Shown here piece by piece: positions 40,500 through 55,245 of a DNA stretch of 64,000 nucleotides (within the stretch, counting starts at the first letter, position 1; each line of letters begins with the position of its first letter). The translations under genes were made by a program, and so were the position numbers. The notes under the pieces are model-generated. The model ran no database searches. It had not been told where the DNA came from and saw only the letters and a list, made by a program, of their open reading frames with translations. Source of the DNA: Eledone cirrhosa (Eukaryota). The DNA lies in contig OZ024740.1 in assembly GCA_964016885.1 (NCBI GenBank), forward strand, positions 352,718,001 to 352,782,000, read 5' to 3'.

Positions 40500-40670
40500 G
40501 GTAGAGGGTTGGACGCCATGCTTTCCAGCATAGTTACGTCCCTTTACGGTCTGAGTTCAAATCCCGCCGAGGTTAACTTTGCCTTTCATCCTTACGGGGT
40601 CGATAAAATAAAGTACCAGTAATGTACTGGGTAATTGCTGGCCTTGTGCCAAAAGTAGAAACAATTATTA
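40500..40670 (+). mobile_element. Young tRNA-derived SINE, directly after an older decayed copy (about 40310-40500)
   Basis: Family sequence; the upstream copy shares the ggctttgtgc...gaaaacattattatt end. Confidence 0.88.
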
Positions 40671-41777
40671 ACATATTTTTGCCATCAAAGACTAGGTCTT
40701 TGGATTTGCAGATGCCATGCTCTAAGCAGTAATGTATAGTTATTACCTCTATAAAGACTAAGCTAACTGTAGTTAGTTTACTCCTGATGCTTCTGTTGGA
40801 AATTAAATACTCATTGCTAATGAGAGGTGCAAACTGTTATAACCTGTTGATTGCCACGTATATTTTACACAGCTACAGTTGCTGTGCCGTTTTTTTTCTT
40901 CAGTAAAATGAAGTTATGAACTGTTAGAAACGAGTTATCTCGTCTGTGGCACTAGAATGCATACATGTTAGGATGAGATATCTCGTCTATGGCTCTGAAG
41001 TGGTTAAGTGAACCACGAATAAAATGATGAAAGTACAAATAATTTCTAACACAAATTCTTGTAGAAGGAGTGTAGTTTTACTTGATCCCAATATTTTATC
41101 AAGCCTAGAGTGAGGACAGGCAAAGTGAACTGTGGCAGGTTCGAACTGTAATATTTTTAATTTTTAACTTTTCTCGTCTTTGACAGCAGTCTTTTAAAAT
41201 AAAAATACTATTTAGTTTTTTCAAATAGAGTTGTGGGGGACCGACCATATATCCAACCAGTATTGGGTTAGTTCATATGCAGTTATTATGGTGCCAAGCA
41301 GATGGAAGAGACCACCTGTATTGGATGCCAGTCAATTACAGGCAACTTTTCTTGTAGGAGAAATTGAACCTGTCACTGCAAGCCAACAAATCATTTGTCA
41401 ATTTTGTTCACATCGCAGTTGCTGCTTGCACTAGTGACTTAAGCCATCCTACAGTTTCTATATTTAGCTAAGTGTGGATTTTGGTTTTGAGAGTTATAGT
41501 TACCTTGGCTACTGACACAATGCAGTGCTGCTTACAGGATATAAACTACCAAACACTCAACTTAGTTGTTTTGTAGCCTTATTGACTCAATCCTCTGTGT
41601 GCTCTTGGAATTCAATAGACATGTATAAACTATAGAATCATACAGAAAACAAATGAATATTCATACCTCACTTATCTCTCTCTTTGTATTTGTTTTGTCT
41701 GTTTCCAGAACATAAATTAAAATAGTTTGGATATTTTGGTAATTTTTTTATGCCTAAACGTATGAGACTTTTTCTCC

Positions 41778-41881
41778 TTAGCTGAGGTACCAGGTTTCGC
41801 CCGGGAGAACAGTTAAGAGAAGGCGGATAAAAGAGAAAACGACTATATTGGATGTGTTGTCTGGTATGAGGTGAGACCGTA

Positions 41882-41930
<49 letters not shown>

Positions 41931-42465
41931 TGAGAGAGACATAAACAGAACAATCATGAAACTTCCTTATTAGGCTGGGGGAGTAAACTGCTGATTAAAT
42001 GGTAGCATTGGCCTTGGATTTTAAATGTTGTGAAATAACCATAGTCAGTATGATTTTTTCAGCTCCAAAGGACATCATCTAAAACACAGCAATATACCGC
42101 ATAACATTGCTTCTGAAGTGTTGCTTCATTAGTACGGACTGTAAGTAGTATATGGATAAAAGTTGGAGGGTAGATTAATTTCAAATAGTATCAATTTTTC
42201 TTTGTTCTGTAAAATCAAAGACTGTAAAACGACTTTATAAAAGCTAACGCAATATTGTTAAACTTTCAACTGTGGGACGTCTCTCTCTCTCTGAACACTA
42301 ATTATATCTCTTTCTGTATAATGGCCTATCTCTCTGTTTCTGCCTCTTCCTCTGTGTCTCTCTCTTTTTAGATGTCTGTGTGTGTGTGTGTGTGTGTGTA
42401 GTTTTTGTGTGATCCAACCAACCAGCCAACCAACCAATAAACATCTGTCTTTTATATTATATATC
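41778..42465 (-). mobile_element. Non-autonomous Helitron-like element with internal microsatellites
   Basis: Minus-strand 5' end TATATAATATAAAAG...(GTTG)n..ATCACACAAAAACTAC; 3' hairpin CCGGGCGAAACCTGG then CAGCTAA. Confidence 0.6.
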
Positions 42466-44989
42466 ATCATCACCATTTTACGTCCACTTTTCCCTGCTTG
42501 CAGAGTTAGGGTTATAGAATAGATATAGATTATTATTTTTTTTACAATCTAGTGTGAGTGGGAAGGACAGTTTCCAAGTCTGTTTAGGTTTATACAGTTG
42601 ATATTTAGGGTAATTTCTGAAGGAAAAATGTAGACAGAGAAGGAATTCCACAGTTGCAGTTCTAGGAATAATGGTTTAGAATGGTATTTTTCAGTTGAGG
42701 TAGTAGAGATATCAAGCATCTCTGTGTATATCTGTCTGTCTCTTTCTCAATAATCTCAAGTCTGTCAGCCCAAAATTCCAATGTTTCATACCCAGTTATG
42801 CACTGTCTCTTAACCCCTTTGTTACCATATTTCTAGTGTAAGACACTGCCTATCATTTTCCAATAATTTGCAGAGATTTAGTAATATAATTAACTTTCTC
42901 ATTATTAATCTGATGTTTGGAGCATAACTTAAAGGTTCTAGCATAAAATTATGATGGAAGGTGTTTAGATAAATGTAAACACTTTTAAACAAACAGTTTT
43001 ATATCATAGAACCTAGGGTAGTTTCAGGCAGTTTAGTATTAAAAGGGTTCAGTTTCAATCGTTAGGACCACTTAATTGGGCAGGCATAAATCACTGCTTT
43101 TAGCTGTGGCTAAAACTGGTAGGGGCTATGTTACACTGAATAACTGAGAGTCCAGATGGCTGGCAACTAAGAGTGCAGTTGACTAAATTAATAGGGTAAA
43201 TATTAGCATGGCATTTTAAATCAAAGTAGCACAGGGCACCTAAATATCAATGTTATTGTTATGGCTCAAATCTACATGAGTTCAGCCAGCCTCCTATGAA
43301 GTTGCATCTCATGGAAGATCTCTTCAGTGTTCTAATGATAGTGGGGCTGGTCTTATCATCTAAATATCAATGAATATTTTGTAGTTGATTATTTCTTTAG
43401 ATGTCAATAAATGTCTTCATTGTATTGCTGTGCCATTGTATTAACAACCAATACACTGTCAACAGCATTCACAATGTTGTAAGAATTTAAACCAGAATTC
43501 TAGTTTCTTCACTACTCATGTTTTTCCTGCAGATGTTCAGGCTGTGCATGAGCCACAATCTGAAAGAGGCTGCAACAATTATGAGCACTTCTTGTTCCCT
43601 CCTGACTAATTTACAAAATGGAAAAGCTAATCATTAGTTGAAATCTTTTGAAGTTTTTTTTTGTCTGGGTTTGTGTTGTTTCGGTTAATATAGCTGTTGA
43701 GAATAGGTATCAAATCATCTGGAAATGCTACCTGGCATCAATCTGCATTCTATTTAGAGTAAGTATTTTCCATCATCTGCTGAATGCCATAAACCCTGAC
43801 CCTCAAAAGATCTTCATATTTGAGGAAAGACATCTGCAGGGATTCATTATACCTCGGTGGATGTGCATACAATGTCATCTAAGTCAAAGGTGATATGTTC
43901 AGACTAAATCTCTCTCATATGAGCTGTTTGTTGAAGAATATTGAACTTGATCAAAGAAATAAGACTTGAAATGTAGCTATGATATATATGTTCTATAGAT
44001 GAAACTTCAAGTTCAAAAGAAAGTTTTTATAATATTTTTTTATGTGCACTTCTTGAACTTTATTGATGTGTATTATGGCAGGATACAGTTTATATAAATA
44101 TCTATTTTATTGCTGTTTCTTCATGGTCCTGACAGACAGAATTACCCTGGTAGATAGCAAGGGAGATCCTCTAAAAGAGCCTGTCCAACTTTGGGGGCTC
44201 ATTCTTATGGATGACCATCACCATCAAAATCACGGAAATTAGAGAGGTGGTTTGGGAATCCAGGATGTCCGAAGTTCCACTGTCAGGCAAAATAAGAAAT
44301 ATATGAGAGAGAAGACAATACTTTTCAGTTTGTGATCTTCAGCCTGGTTGTTAGAACCTTTCAGATACTGGATATTACCATACTTGTAATATCCATGTTT
44401 TATTTTGAAGTGTTTCATTAGAAAGCTACATTTTATTGAAAAAAAAGTCACAAATATGGTTGTCTTAAATAGTTAAAAAAGCATATTTATTGCATTTCCT
44501 ATGGGAATCATTTTTTCAGTTCTTTGGGTGAAATTCTTCACAATTTATATATTATTAATATTTCATGAATATAGTATCCATAAATATAACTAAGAGGTAA
44601 CAACTAAAACAGTACACTCATTTTTAGCATATTTTGGTTGAGTATTTTTTTTTATATAACACTTATGCTACTGATTCAGTCTTTTGTTCTCTGTCTGATT
44701 TAGTTAATTTAGTTTCAACCAAATCTGATGGTTCTATTGTTAGCCTGTGATTTCCCAGGAGCGAAACAAAATATAACAAGCCATTTTTACAGGAAAGAAT
44801 CATACCATTACATCTCAAAACTGCAGGCTACATCCTAACTACTCGGTAATGCTGAATATGATAGAAATTACTCAGAATAAAATATCTCTGCAAATAGATG
44901 TAATTTTGGGATATTCAGCATAGATACTTTTATATGCAAGCTATATTTAAACTTTTTTCATCCACATGTATGCAGTGAGCAAGGTTTAT

Positions 44990-45290
44990 TCTTTTATTTT
45001 TTTCAGTCATTAGACTGCAGCCAAGCTGGAGCACCATGACATTGAAAGGGTTTCATAGATCATATTGATCCCAGTACTTATTTTTTCAAGTCTGGTACTT
45101 ATTTTATTGATCTCTTTTTGTAAACTTAAGTTACGTGAAACAGGCAGACAGACACACCACTTTCACTTACAAGACATTGGTCAACTCAAGGCTATCTAGA
45201 AGACACTTGCCTATGGTTTCACACAGAGGGACTCAACCTGAAAACCATGTGTTCTTGTGAAGCAAAATTCGTAACGATACAGCCATGCTT
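44990..45290 (-). mobile_element. Older SINE family
   Basis: Homologous to 48560-48860 (+): GATAAAATAAGTACCAGACTTGAAAAAATAAGTACTGGG...GACTGAA. Confidence 0.7.
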
Positions 45291-48200
45291 GTGCTTATTT
45301 GGGAGAAATGATATTTTTATTTTTGCAACTCCAGTAGAATATTGTATTTCAATGCAGAGCAATGATTAATATGTAGTATTCTGAAGAATTCAGAGAAAAA
45401 AATGATTTTGATATATTTTGTTGCAATCATCTTATATATAATTACATAATTAGGTAAGAAAAAGCATACCTCCCTGTGATAAATAACCTGTTAAAAAATG
45501 TTATTGTAGAAAGTTTAACCTAATTATTTATATATTTAATTTTATGTGGCCCATTTATTTCTCAGAAATAATATTTTAGTTTTTTTTTCAAGTGAGACAT
45601 TCTTCATGATTCATTGATGATTAGCTAATGGTCTTAAACTCCTGACACTGTAGGATATTGGAAATTGAATCAGCTTTTCCTATTGAAATTGTATCATCAC
45701 TAGATTTGGTATCTTTACCTTTTTTTCTCTATCATAAGATTTTTTATACTTGCCTGCCTGTTTTTTTTTCTTTCTTTCTCTCTTGTAGAACCTGTTCTAT
45801 ATAAAAGCAAAATATCAGAAATGTTACTGTGGAAAATTAACTCTTTTGATACCAAACCACCTGAAACCACCTTATAGTTTTACGACACAAAGCTGCTTAT
45901 TTTAAAATATTTATCTAAAAAACCTTCCATCATAATTTTATATAAGAAGTGTTTTTAATTTCTGTCCTAAACCCCAGTGAGAAATTTGATTACTTTACTA
46001 AATCCCTCCAATCTCCTGATTGTATTCAAAATTATTTGAAAATCATAGGCAGTGTTTTTCATTAAAAATATGATAATGAAAGAGTTAATTTACTCTGTCC
46101 ACTACAGTGTCAATGTTTATATAAGGATTAAGTATATGGAGAGATGCTTGTTAACATACAAACTATATTAACATATGTTGATTGTGTATTTATTATACAT
46201 TAGCTGCTAATTGCAGTTGTTAAGCATATCTAGAATGAAGCGCTCTTCATCTAACTTGCTGCTATTAAGCCCTGTTATCTCATTCTATTATTTATTGTTA
46301 CACAAGCCATTTGTTTTGTGACAATGTTATGAAAAGGGTAATACAAGTGTTGTATTGATTCTTTTTTTTCCTCCCTAATGCATTAATTTCTTTTTTGCTG
46401 TTCTTTTCAACTATCTTTGTACCATAACTGCTGTAAATCAATCATGCTACATGGTATAAGAGAATTGGTTCAGGGTGAAAGTGTTGTTAGAACGAAAAGA
46501 AATCTATACTCATTTATGTTTTTAAATAAAATATTTCGTTTGTGAATTAGATAAATAAAAATAAAATGGCAAATCTAACTTTTGTTGATAAACAATATTC
46601 AAGTAAATAAACAAGTATAACTTTGAATATTTTAAAATACTAAAATGAGCTCATATAAACAGACCCCCTTCATATATACACATACACACACACATATATA
46701 CATACACACACACATATATACATACACACACACATATATACATACACACATACCTCTCCTAGTTTTGCACGACCATTGCAGGTGTCACATTAACACACAC
46801 CCAATCCTTCCTATAAAATGGTAGAACTGATGTCACAAGAAAATGTATCCAGTACACTCTGTAAAGTAGTTGGTGTTAGGAAGGGCATCTGTAGAAACAA
46901 TGCCAAACATAGAATGTATGTGCAAGATGTGGTTCACTGATGCATCTGGTTTTGGACCATGGCAATCCATCCAACCAATACCAGCATGATGATAATATGT
47001 ATATAATTAGTTTAGACAATGAGTATTCAAGTATTTGATCATTTAAACTACCTACTTATTGAATCATAGTTTAAGTGACTGAGTATTCCATATATGCACC
47101 CATGACATAATCACCAAGCAGAATCAACATGCAATTTATATAGTGTTCTTCCAGAGAGTTTCAATCCATGCATTTTCATTCACAATGCTTGGGTTGGCCA
47201 GGATATGGTAAAAGACACCTGTCCAATGTGCTGTACACTGGAAACAAAGTTGGGATCTTAGGATTGTGAAGCAAACTTCACACAGACAGAAAAACAAAAA
47301 CAAGCAAAAAACATATTCAGTGTTTTTGTTCTAGTTTATTGCTGGGTAGTAGTTAAATAAAATTGAAATGAGAATGTTAGAAAGTGGTTGCAATATGTGA
47401 TTGTGATTGCAATTTTAATCTTTGAATGGGATGGTTTTGTCAATGCTTCAAATTTCTTTTATTAAGTTAAGTAAGCTATTCATTGTTATAGATCAATGTG
47501 GTAAGAAAGAAATCTCTTTCAGCTGGTTATGCAGTGCATCTGCTTGATGATCCTATTTTGGCTTATTTAACAATTCTTAGGAAGCCGCACAATGAAGGAG
47601 GAATGTGTGAATGAATACTTTTCTAACACAGCTATTGAAAACAAGTCTGTCTCTTATTTATTTATTTAGTTAATAGTTGTATAACTATTACCAATCTATC
47701 TCCTTCATCGCCTTTTTCTTTCTATGATCCTAAATATTTCATTGATTGCCATATGTTAGTTTTGTTGCTAGTGATCTAACTAGTTTACTGCTAGAAAGGA
47801 AGAAAAAAAAAAGAAGGAAATTTTCTAGTTTGTGTGGGTGTATTTCATGTTTCAGTATCCATAATCATTATTTTAACATTCATTTTTCTTTTCGAAGTTT
47901 GCCTCACTTAACAAAAACAGGTTTCACCTTCCTACTTAACAGTTGAATGTTTAACTGAAAGTGGGAAGGGCAACTAGCTATAAAAAACAATTGTTTCAAT
48001 AAATATAACCATCTCATTATTACAGGCTGTGAAGATGCTTGGCTTAGTGTTTAGTGTTGAGCTTCCAAATGTGAGTTTGATTTCTGGATTGGGCAGTGCA
48101 TCATGTCCTTCAAGATATTTTTACCTATTTCCCTAGTCCTACTCAGCAGGAAAAAATGAATTGTGACATCACTGGTACCAAGCTGCATCAGCCTTTGCCT

Positions 48201-48559
48201 TTCTTTTGGACAACATTGGTTGTGTGGAGTCATGTTATAATGGATTGAAAATTCAAAAATAGTTAACAAAAGGGCAGAGATAGAGAAAGAAAAACTATGG
48301 ATTGGATTTATTTGCGAAAAGAATGTCCAACATTTGCGAAGAGGAAAAACGAATGTTAAATATGATGATGTTGAATATCTCATTGTAATTTGATCTAATC
48401 ATATCAGTTGTGAGGCTGAACATTCTCAAATATAATACATAGTATTCAAGTTTTTGTTGGTCTACCTTTCACAATACCTTTAATAGTACATACTAGTATA
48501 TATTATTCATTCATGTTACATACCAATACCAGTGTAAATTAAGTATCCTTACACAGTTT

Positions 48560-48860
48560 TAGGTTCACTCTTGATGCATGGCAACTTGAGCAGGTGTCTT
48601 CTTCAATAGCTTTGGCTTGGTGAGTGAGATGTGATAGATGGAAGCTGTAGAAGCTTGTCCTATATGCATGTATGTATGTATTTACATTTGTGTCCATCTG
48701 TATGTCCCGTAACTTAGCAGTTCAACAAAGAGATTGATAAAATAAGTACCAGACTTGAAAAAAATAAGTACTGGGGTCGATATGATCAGCTAAATGCTTT
48801 TAAGGTGATACCCCAGCATGGCCTCAGTCAAATGACTGAAACTAGTAAAAGGTTAAAAGA
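48560..48860 (+). mobile_element. Older SINE family
   Basis: See 44990-45290. Confidence 0.7.
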
Positions 48861-49129
48861 ATATAGGATGGGTCAATATTTTTTGAAGGTTAACTATTTT
48901 AATTGAAAAAAGATTTTAGTATCATCAAATATTACTTTTGATATGGCTGAGGGAAAATACCTCGTGGAAACTTTCTACATATTAAAAACTACAAGCAAAA
49001 TGATCCCCAGAGACAATTTTCTTCAGTCACATTTTTTATATTACTACATTCTCAGTATTACTACATTCAGTATTACTACTCAGTATTACTACATTCCTTA
49101 GTTTAATTTAGCTGGGCAACCAAATTAGT

Positions 49130-50020
49130 AGTGGAGGTGGGTGCTAAGAAAGTAGGGTAGCTAGTGTGAGAACGGGATGGAGAAAATTCAGGGAGCTACT
49201 ACTGCTGATAACTACTAAAGGTTTTTCTTTCAAAATAAAGGGCAGATTGTATGATGCATATATATGAATAGCAATGTTGTATAGTAGTGAGACCTGGGAG
49301 CTGTGTGAGAAAACCTGTGAAAATTGGAAAGAAATGAAGCCGGCATGCTTCAATGGATATGTAATAGTAATATACATGAATGGCAAAGTATAAATGAACT
49401 GACAGAGAAACTGTATATAAGAGGGATCAAATGCAGTGTGCAGCAGATGAGAATGTGTTGGTAACGATGTGTGATGAGTATGAAGAGTGACAGCTGTATA
49501 AGAAGGTGCAGGGTGCTCAAAATTGGTGGAAGCTATGAAATAGGAAGACTTGGGATGAGGTGATAAAAGCTAACCTTGCACAATTGCACTTCTCAAAGGC
49601 GATGACATAAGATCAAGATCTCTGGCATTATGCAATAATACAGAAGACCTGCCATCCCATGTGCACAGGCTGAAGCATACATCTTGTATGCACCACTTTC
49701 CTCTCCCTCTTTCCATACACCTCCCATGTCCTAACACTCCACCCTTCATTTATCTCCCCCACCTTCTTCCACATCCCTACACCCCCACCATTCACCAGAT
49801 AAGTGCCCCCCACCCTAGATCTACCTCTCCAATCCCCATGCACTTACCCCACTCCAGCCCCAGTCCACTCTGTAAAGTGATAGTTTTGGTGCCACGGCAA
49901 AAAGTGCTGAGTCCACATTGTAAAGTGGTCGTGGTCGTGTTCGTTACACGACAAAAAGCACCCAGTCCACACTGTAAATGTGGTTGGCATTAGGAAGGGC
50001 ATCCAGCTGTAGAAACCAAG
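49130..50020 (+). mobile_element. RTE LINE C-terminal fragment with hairpin-array tail
   Basis: Closely similar to 28440-29230. Confidence 0.88.
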
Positions 50021-50769
50021 GCATTATTCAAAACCTGAGAGTAAGCGCAAATACTTTGAATGAAAGGTATCTATGAATAAGACTTGTTCAGACTACGTAG
50101 ATATTTTTGTTGTGTGCTTTCTGTTAATTACTTGTTGTTTATCTCTTTTAACCCTTTTGTTACTATATTTCTAATGAAATACAGTAAAAATAATAAAGAA
50201 TTTGGAGGGATTTAGTAATTCAACTAATCTTTCTGTTATTAAGCTGGGGTTTGGAGCATAACCTAATGAAGGTTCTTACATAAAATTATGATGAAAGGTT
50301 TTTAGATAAATATAAACATTAAAAAAGAATTGTATCATAGATCTAGGGGCAATTTCAGGCAGTTTGGTATCATGGGTTAGTAGATATAGATAACGATCTT
50401 AGAAATTCTTCATTCTCATTTGATTATTTCGATAGCTTCAAAAGGCATGAGGATTCAAGAGACTGAGCCACTTACTCAAGCTCAAGATCATAAGTTGAGT
50501 TCTGGCTATGCCCATTGCATTCAACATCGATTTTAGATCTGATCTGATCTATGCTGACGGGTTGGACGAGATTTTTTGAGGCAATTTTTTTTATATGACC
50601 AAGTGGCCTTCCCTGTGCCAGGGATAAGTATTGTGTATATTGACTTTCTTCAAGCTGGTAAGCTGCAGGATGTATTGTTTATGTGGGACATAAACAAATA
50701 TCACCGGTTGCTTTTACATGGTATCAATATGAAAATGCTCGCAAACACTCACACATACACACACACTTG

Positions 50770-51205
50770 AACGACTACTGGCTAAATTTTTTTGCCCACA
50801 GAAAAGAGGAGAGTGTTTTTCCAAGGTGCTAGTAGTTAATACAAGAATTTTCAGCTTTTCTGTTGCACACGGGCATCTTGTACCTTGTCCATTAGTAACT
50901 ATACCCCATCTTATGGAAGGATGTTCAATTCTTTTATCTTTGAAGTGCCAGGTGTACTTTGATGCAGTAAAATTTCTCTTGACTGTGTTCTTCGAGTATA
51001 AATGTTGTATGAAGTGGGCTTTGAAGGCATTCTCTGTTAATCCAATACAGATTTTCATTATTCAGTCATTGTCTTGCATTTTGGCCTTATACATAAGCTC
51101 TTTGGTGAGGTATTTGTTGTCAAAGAGTTATCTAGATTTATCTCTACAGTTACATTTATGCAGGGGGTTGATATGTAATGTGTTTAGATGTCTTGTGATT
51201 TAATA
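50770..51205 (-). mobile_element. Penelope-like element, GIY-YIG endonuclease fragment
   Basis: CNCRDKS...KYLTKELMYKA then ICIGLTENAFKAHFIQH...ASKYTWHFKD...IRWGIV...CPCATEKLKIL, the typical PLE C-terminus. Confidence 0.78.
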
Positions 51206-52555
51206 AGTAAGACAGAAATGGAAATTTAAAAATAAAGATCTGAAATTCAAGTTAAAAGTTCAAATGTTATCGAATTTGATTGTCATCTACCTGATTCAGT
51301 TTTATCAATTTGATACATTATTGATGTATATTATACAGGAATATATGTGATATCTATGCACAAATACATGTTTTTATTACTGAATCCAGGTTATCACATG
51401 GTTATTAGTATGAATTTGAATGCTTTATTCATGTGATGTTTCAAGACTTGCAAACTATACACAGTGGTGGTGGTGCTGCTGCTGTGTGTGTGTGTGAGAG
51501 TAGTGTACTTCTAGTCTATGTGGCATATACTATTAGAGATTCTTCTGACTGACAGACAACTAAATGTTATATTGGCATAAATCAATTCCAGCTCCTGCAA
51601 CCCAACTAGATAATCTATAATATTATTCTGCTTGTTATGAAGTGCATACCAGTGTTACACTTTTAACAACCGTAACTATGGGACAAAATCAAAATCTTTA
51701 ACCCTTTCATTACCAAATTTTTAATGAAAGACATAAAAAATTTCGAGGGATTTAGGAATATAACTAACTTCATTATTTATCTCGTTTGGTACATAACTTA
51801 ATAAAGGTTTTTACGTAAAATAAACAGTTTTGTGTCATTAGAACCAGAGGTGGTTTCAAGTGGTTTGGTGTCAGAAAGGTTAACATAACGAAAGAAGTTC
51901 AAGTGTTATGATTTAAACAACAACTATTGATTGAAATGGAGGGTACGATTAAAATCCTGAACATGAAAAAATGTTATGAAGGTCTCAATTTATGTATCAA
52001 AATAGAAATAAGAACCTTTAGCATGAGTTTCCATGGGTCATACTGTAGTGTTAAGTAAACTATTAACCCTTTTGATACGAACCTGCCCTCAACATCCTAT
52101 AAATAAACCCAACTGTTTTAAAAGATTCCAACTTAAATAAAAATCTTCCAACATAATTTGATATAAGAAATAACATTTTAATAATGAAATAATTAGGGAA
52201 GGCATGTGGCTTAGTGGTTAGAATGTTGAGTTCAAAATTGTGAATATGTTTCATAGCCTTTAACCATTTTAATATCAAATTTATTGACCCCTTCCTTAGA
52301 TTCCATGCTGTTTGTTTTAAGTTTTTATATTTATCTAAAAACCTTCCATCATAATTTTATGTAAAAACCTTTAAGTTACACTTCAAACACCGTGATAATG
52401 AGAAAGTTAATTATATTACGATATCCCCTTCAAAGTTTGTATTATTTTCAAACCTATTTGAAAATCACTGGTAATGAAAGAGTTATTGGAACAGGATGAG
52501 TGGGGCTGATGGTGTATTACCATTTAAATAATTTTTATCATGCATTACATCTTTG

Positions 52556-52872
52556 TGGAGGTATGTGGCTTAGTAGTTATGAGGTTCGACTCATGATCAT
52601 AAAGTTCAATTCCTAGACTGGGTGGTTCATTGTATCCTTGAGCAAGATGCTCTATTTTATGTTGGTGTAGTCCTTTCTGAGGGTGAAAATGTAATTCAAG
52701 GAGCTGACTTATCAAACATTGTGTCATGCTGAGTTTCTCCGAGAACTGCATTAAGTGTACACATGTCTGTGGAATGCTCAGCCACTTGCACATTAATTTC
52801 ATGAGCAGGCAGTTCTGCTGATTGAATCAACTGGAGCACTCGTTGGAAATGATGGCAGTCCAACAACAACAC
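52556..52872 (+). mobile_element. tRNA-headed SINE with a different (CAA)n tail
   Basis: Same head as the 16470 element (TGGCTTAGT, TCCTTGAGCAAGA); tail fragments also at about 16050-16110 and 25286-25390. Confidence 0.7.
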
Positions 52873-53391
52873 ATCTCTATAATACATTTATCCCTGAAGT
52901 TATATGCCAGTATATTTAGCTTGCTTTGTATGTATTTTGCAAATAATTTGTCATGTAACCTCCTATTTGAGATAATTAAATAAAAATTTCTTTGGAGCTC
53001 ACATCAGTCTAACAAAATAAAAAAATTTGTTAGTTCATAAAAGAGGGACAAGTTTTTAGCTTTTTCAGGCCTTCTTATATTATAGATAGGGTTAACTTCT
53101 TGAAGTTAAACAATTGATATGTTATTTAAACTTTTGTAAGTTGTGGGTTTGAGTAAAAAACACAAACAAGGAGGTAACTCTAGGTTTTTGATCTGAGAAA
53201 GAAGAGCTGGATAATTTAGATTAGAGAGCAGGGTAATTTGTTTGGGGAAGAGATATTAAGGGAACATTCATTAGCCTTCTAGAATTTACTGAAATTACAA
53301 TTGTTTCTTGAAAATTCATTGTAGGTTAGATGAGTTTCAATGAGCTTGAGAATTAGTTGGAAGTTTGATCATTGTCTGCAAAAGGAGATAT

Positions 53392-54049
53392 TTAAGCCTT
53401 CCATTATCATATTTTTGGATTGGCAGTATCGGTAGAGAGTCGGACACCATGCTTTGACGCATAGAGTTACGGCCCTTTCCATTCTGAGTTCAAACCCCGC
53501 CGAGGTCAACTTTGTCTTTCATCCTTACGGGGTCGATAAAATAAAGTACCAGTAATGTACTGTGTAATTGCTGGCCTTGTGCCAAAAGTAGAAACAATTA
53601 TTATATATTTAACCCTTTAATGTTCAAACTGGCCAGAATTCTCTACCTCTTTCTGTTGAAACTGCCTGTAACTGGTCGCTCAAACTGATGTTAAGGTATT
53701 GTTCTCAAAATAAATACTTTCAAAATCTCATAGATTCGATATTATGTGAGATAATTATGTGAGGTAAAGCCTTTACCATGAAAATAGTATAATACCATGA
53801 TAATAGTATATATAGAGTAATGTAATTGCTAAAGGGTTAATGAAAAACTCTATGTATTTAAAATAATTTTGGAAATAACCAAATATTTAGATGGATTTAG
53901 TAATTGATAACTAATTTTCTCATTATGAAACTTGTGTTTGCAACATAACTTAACAAAAAGTTCTTACATAAAATTATGAAGGAAGGGTTTAATTTGAATA
54001 TATAAACAATGTAAAATGAGAGAATTATGGTTGGTATTGAAAGGGTCAA
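53392..54049. mobile_element. MITE B carrying a nested SINE (53417-53603) and MITE A (53609-53840)
   Basis: B start ttaagccttccattatcatatt, B body resumes after 53840 and ends gaaagggtcaa. Confidence 0.75.
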
Positions 54050-55177
54050 CTTGATTGAACATATGATGTGAGTGAATCAGAGTGATTGCTGGAATTAGTG
54101 ATTAGCAGTAACTTAGAAGAGAAATAAAAAATACCAGTAAAGGAGAGTATTTAGTGATTTTAAGGACTTCATATTTCAAGAAAGAAGTAATTCAAGACTA
54201 GATAATTTAGGATAAATAGCGTAGACTGTTGAGTTGAGAGGTTAGTGAACAACCAGTTGAAGGACCACTGATTCATATTCTACCATGACACTGTATTTCT
54301 CATTTTTTTTCTTCTTTGACAAGCAACTCATATGCCTGTTATAGAACCTGTCGCTATGCTACTTTTTACATCATTCCTATAAAAATAAAAGAACATTGAG
54401 AATTTTTTAAAATTTTAGGTCTTTACATGTCAGTATGTAATTCACGAGAGCAATTATCTCAATCTGAAAAATATCCATTAAACTTTTTAATATCAGGATA
54501 TGTAATTATGAATTTGCAATCAAGTTACTTAATTAGATTGGAAAAGAAAATTTTATATTTTTGTTCCCTCCCTCCCTATCTCCACATAATCCTTTACTGT
54601 GAAACAGGTGTGAATATTTTTTGTTAGTAGAAGTAGTTGGACTGTAACAGCTGGTTTGGTAAACTTTCTTCTTGCTGCTGGTTTACCTTTTCACTGAACT
54701 TGTGTGTTTCAGTCATTTATGTAGTTGACAAATATATATTTATAGCGTACACTTTCCCTCGCCAACTGAAGGGTGTAGTATAACATATTACTGAGTTAGG
54801 TTGCATAGTGGGTCAATTAACTGTCTCATGTAGTGTTTGTCCTGTGTAATGTCTAGATTTTTACTTAGTGCTTATGACAGTTACAAGATTAGGAAATGTT
54901 GGGACCACATTTGTGAGTTAACTATTATTTCATAATTTAAAAAGTAAAAAAATAATATTTCAAGATTAAAAAAAACAACACATTTTCTATTCAGCATATT
55001 GCAAGCACAATTATGAGGAGGTGTGCATCTCTTTAATGAGGTTAGTAAGTTTACATGCCTTATGTTGTAACTAATACTTTATGTAGTCGAGATGTGAGGG
55101 TGCAGTTTGTACTTTAAGGCTAGGAAGTATACTGAGGTGTCGTTATATATAGGCTTTGTGCCTAAAGTAGAAACAAT

Positions 55178-55245
<68 letters not shown>

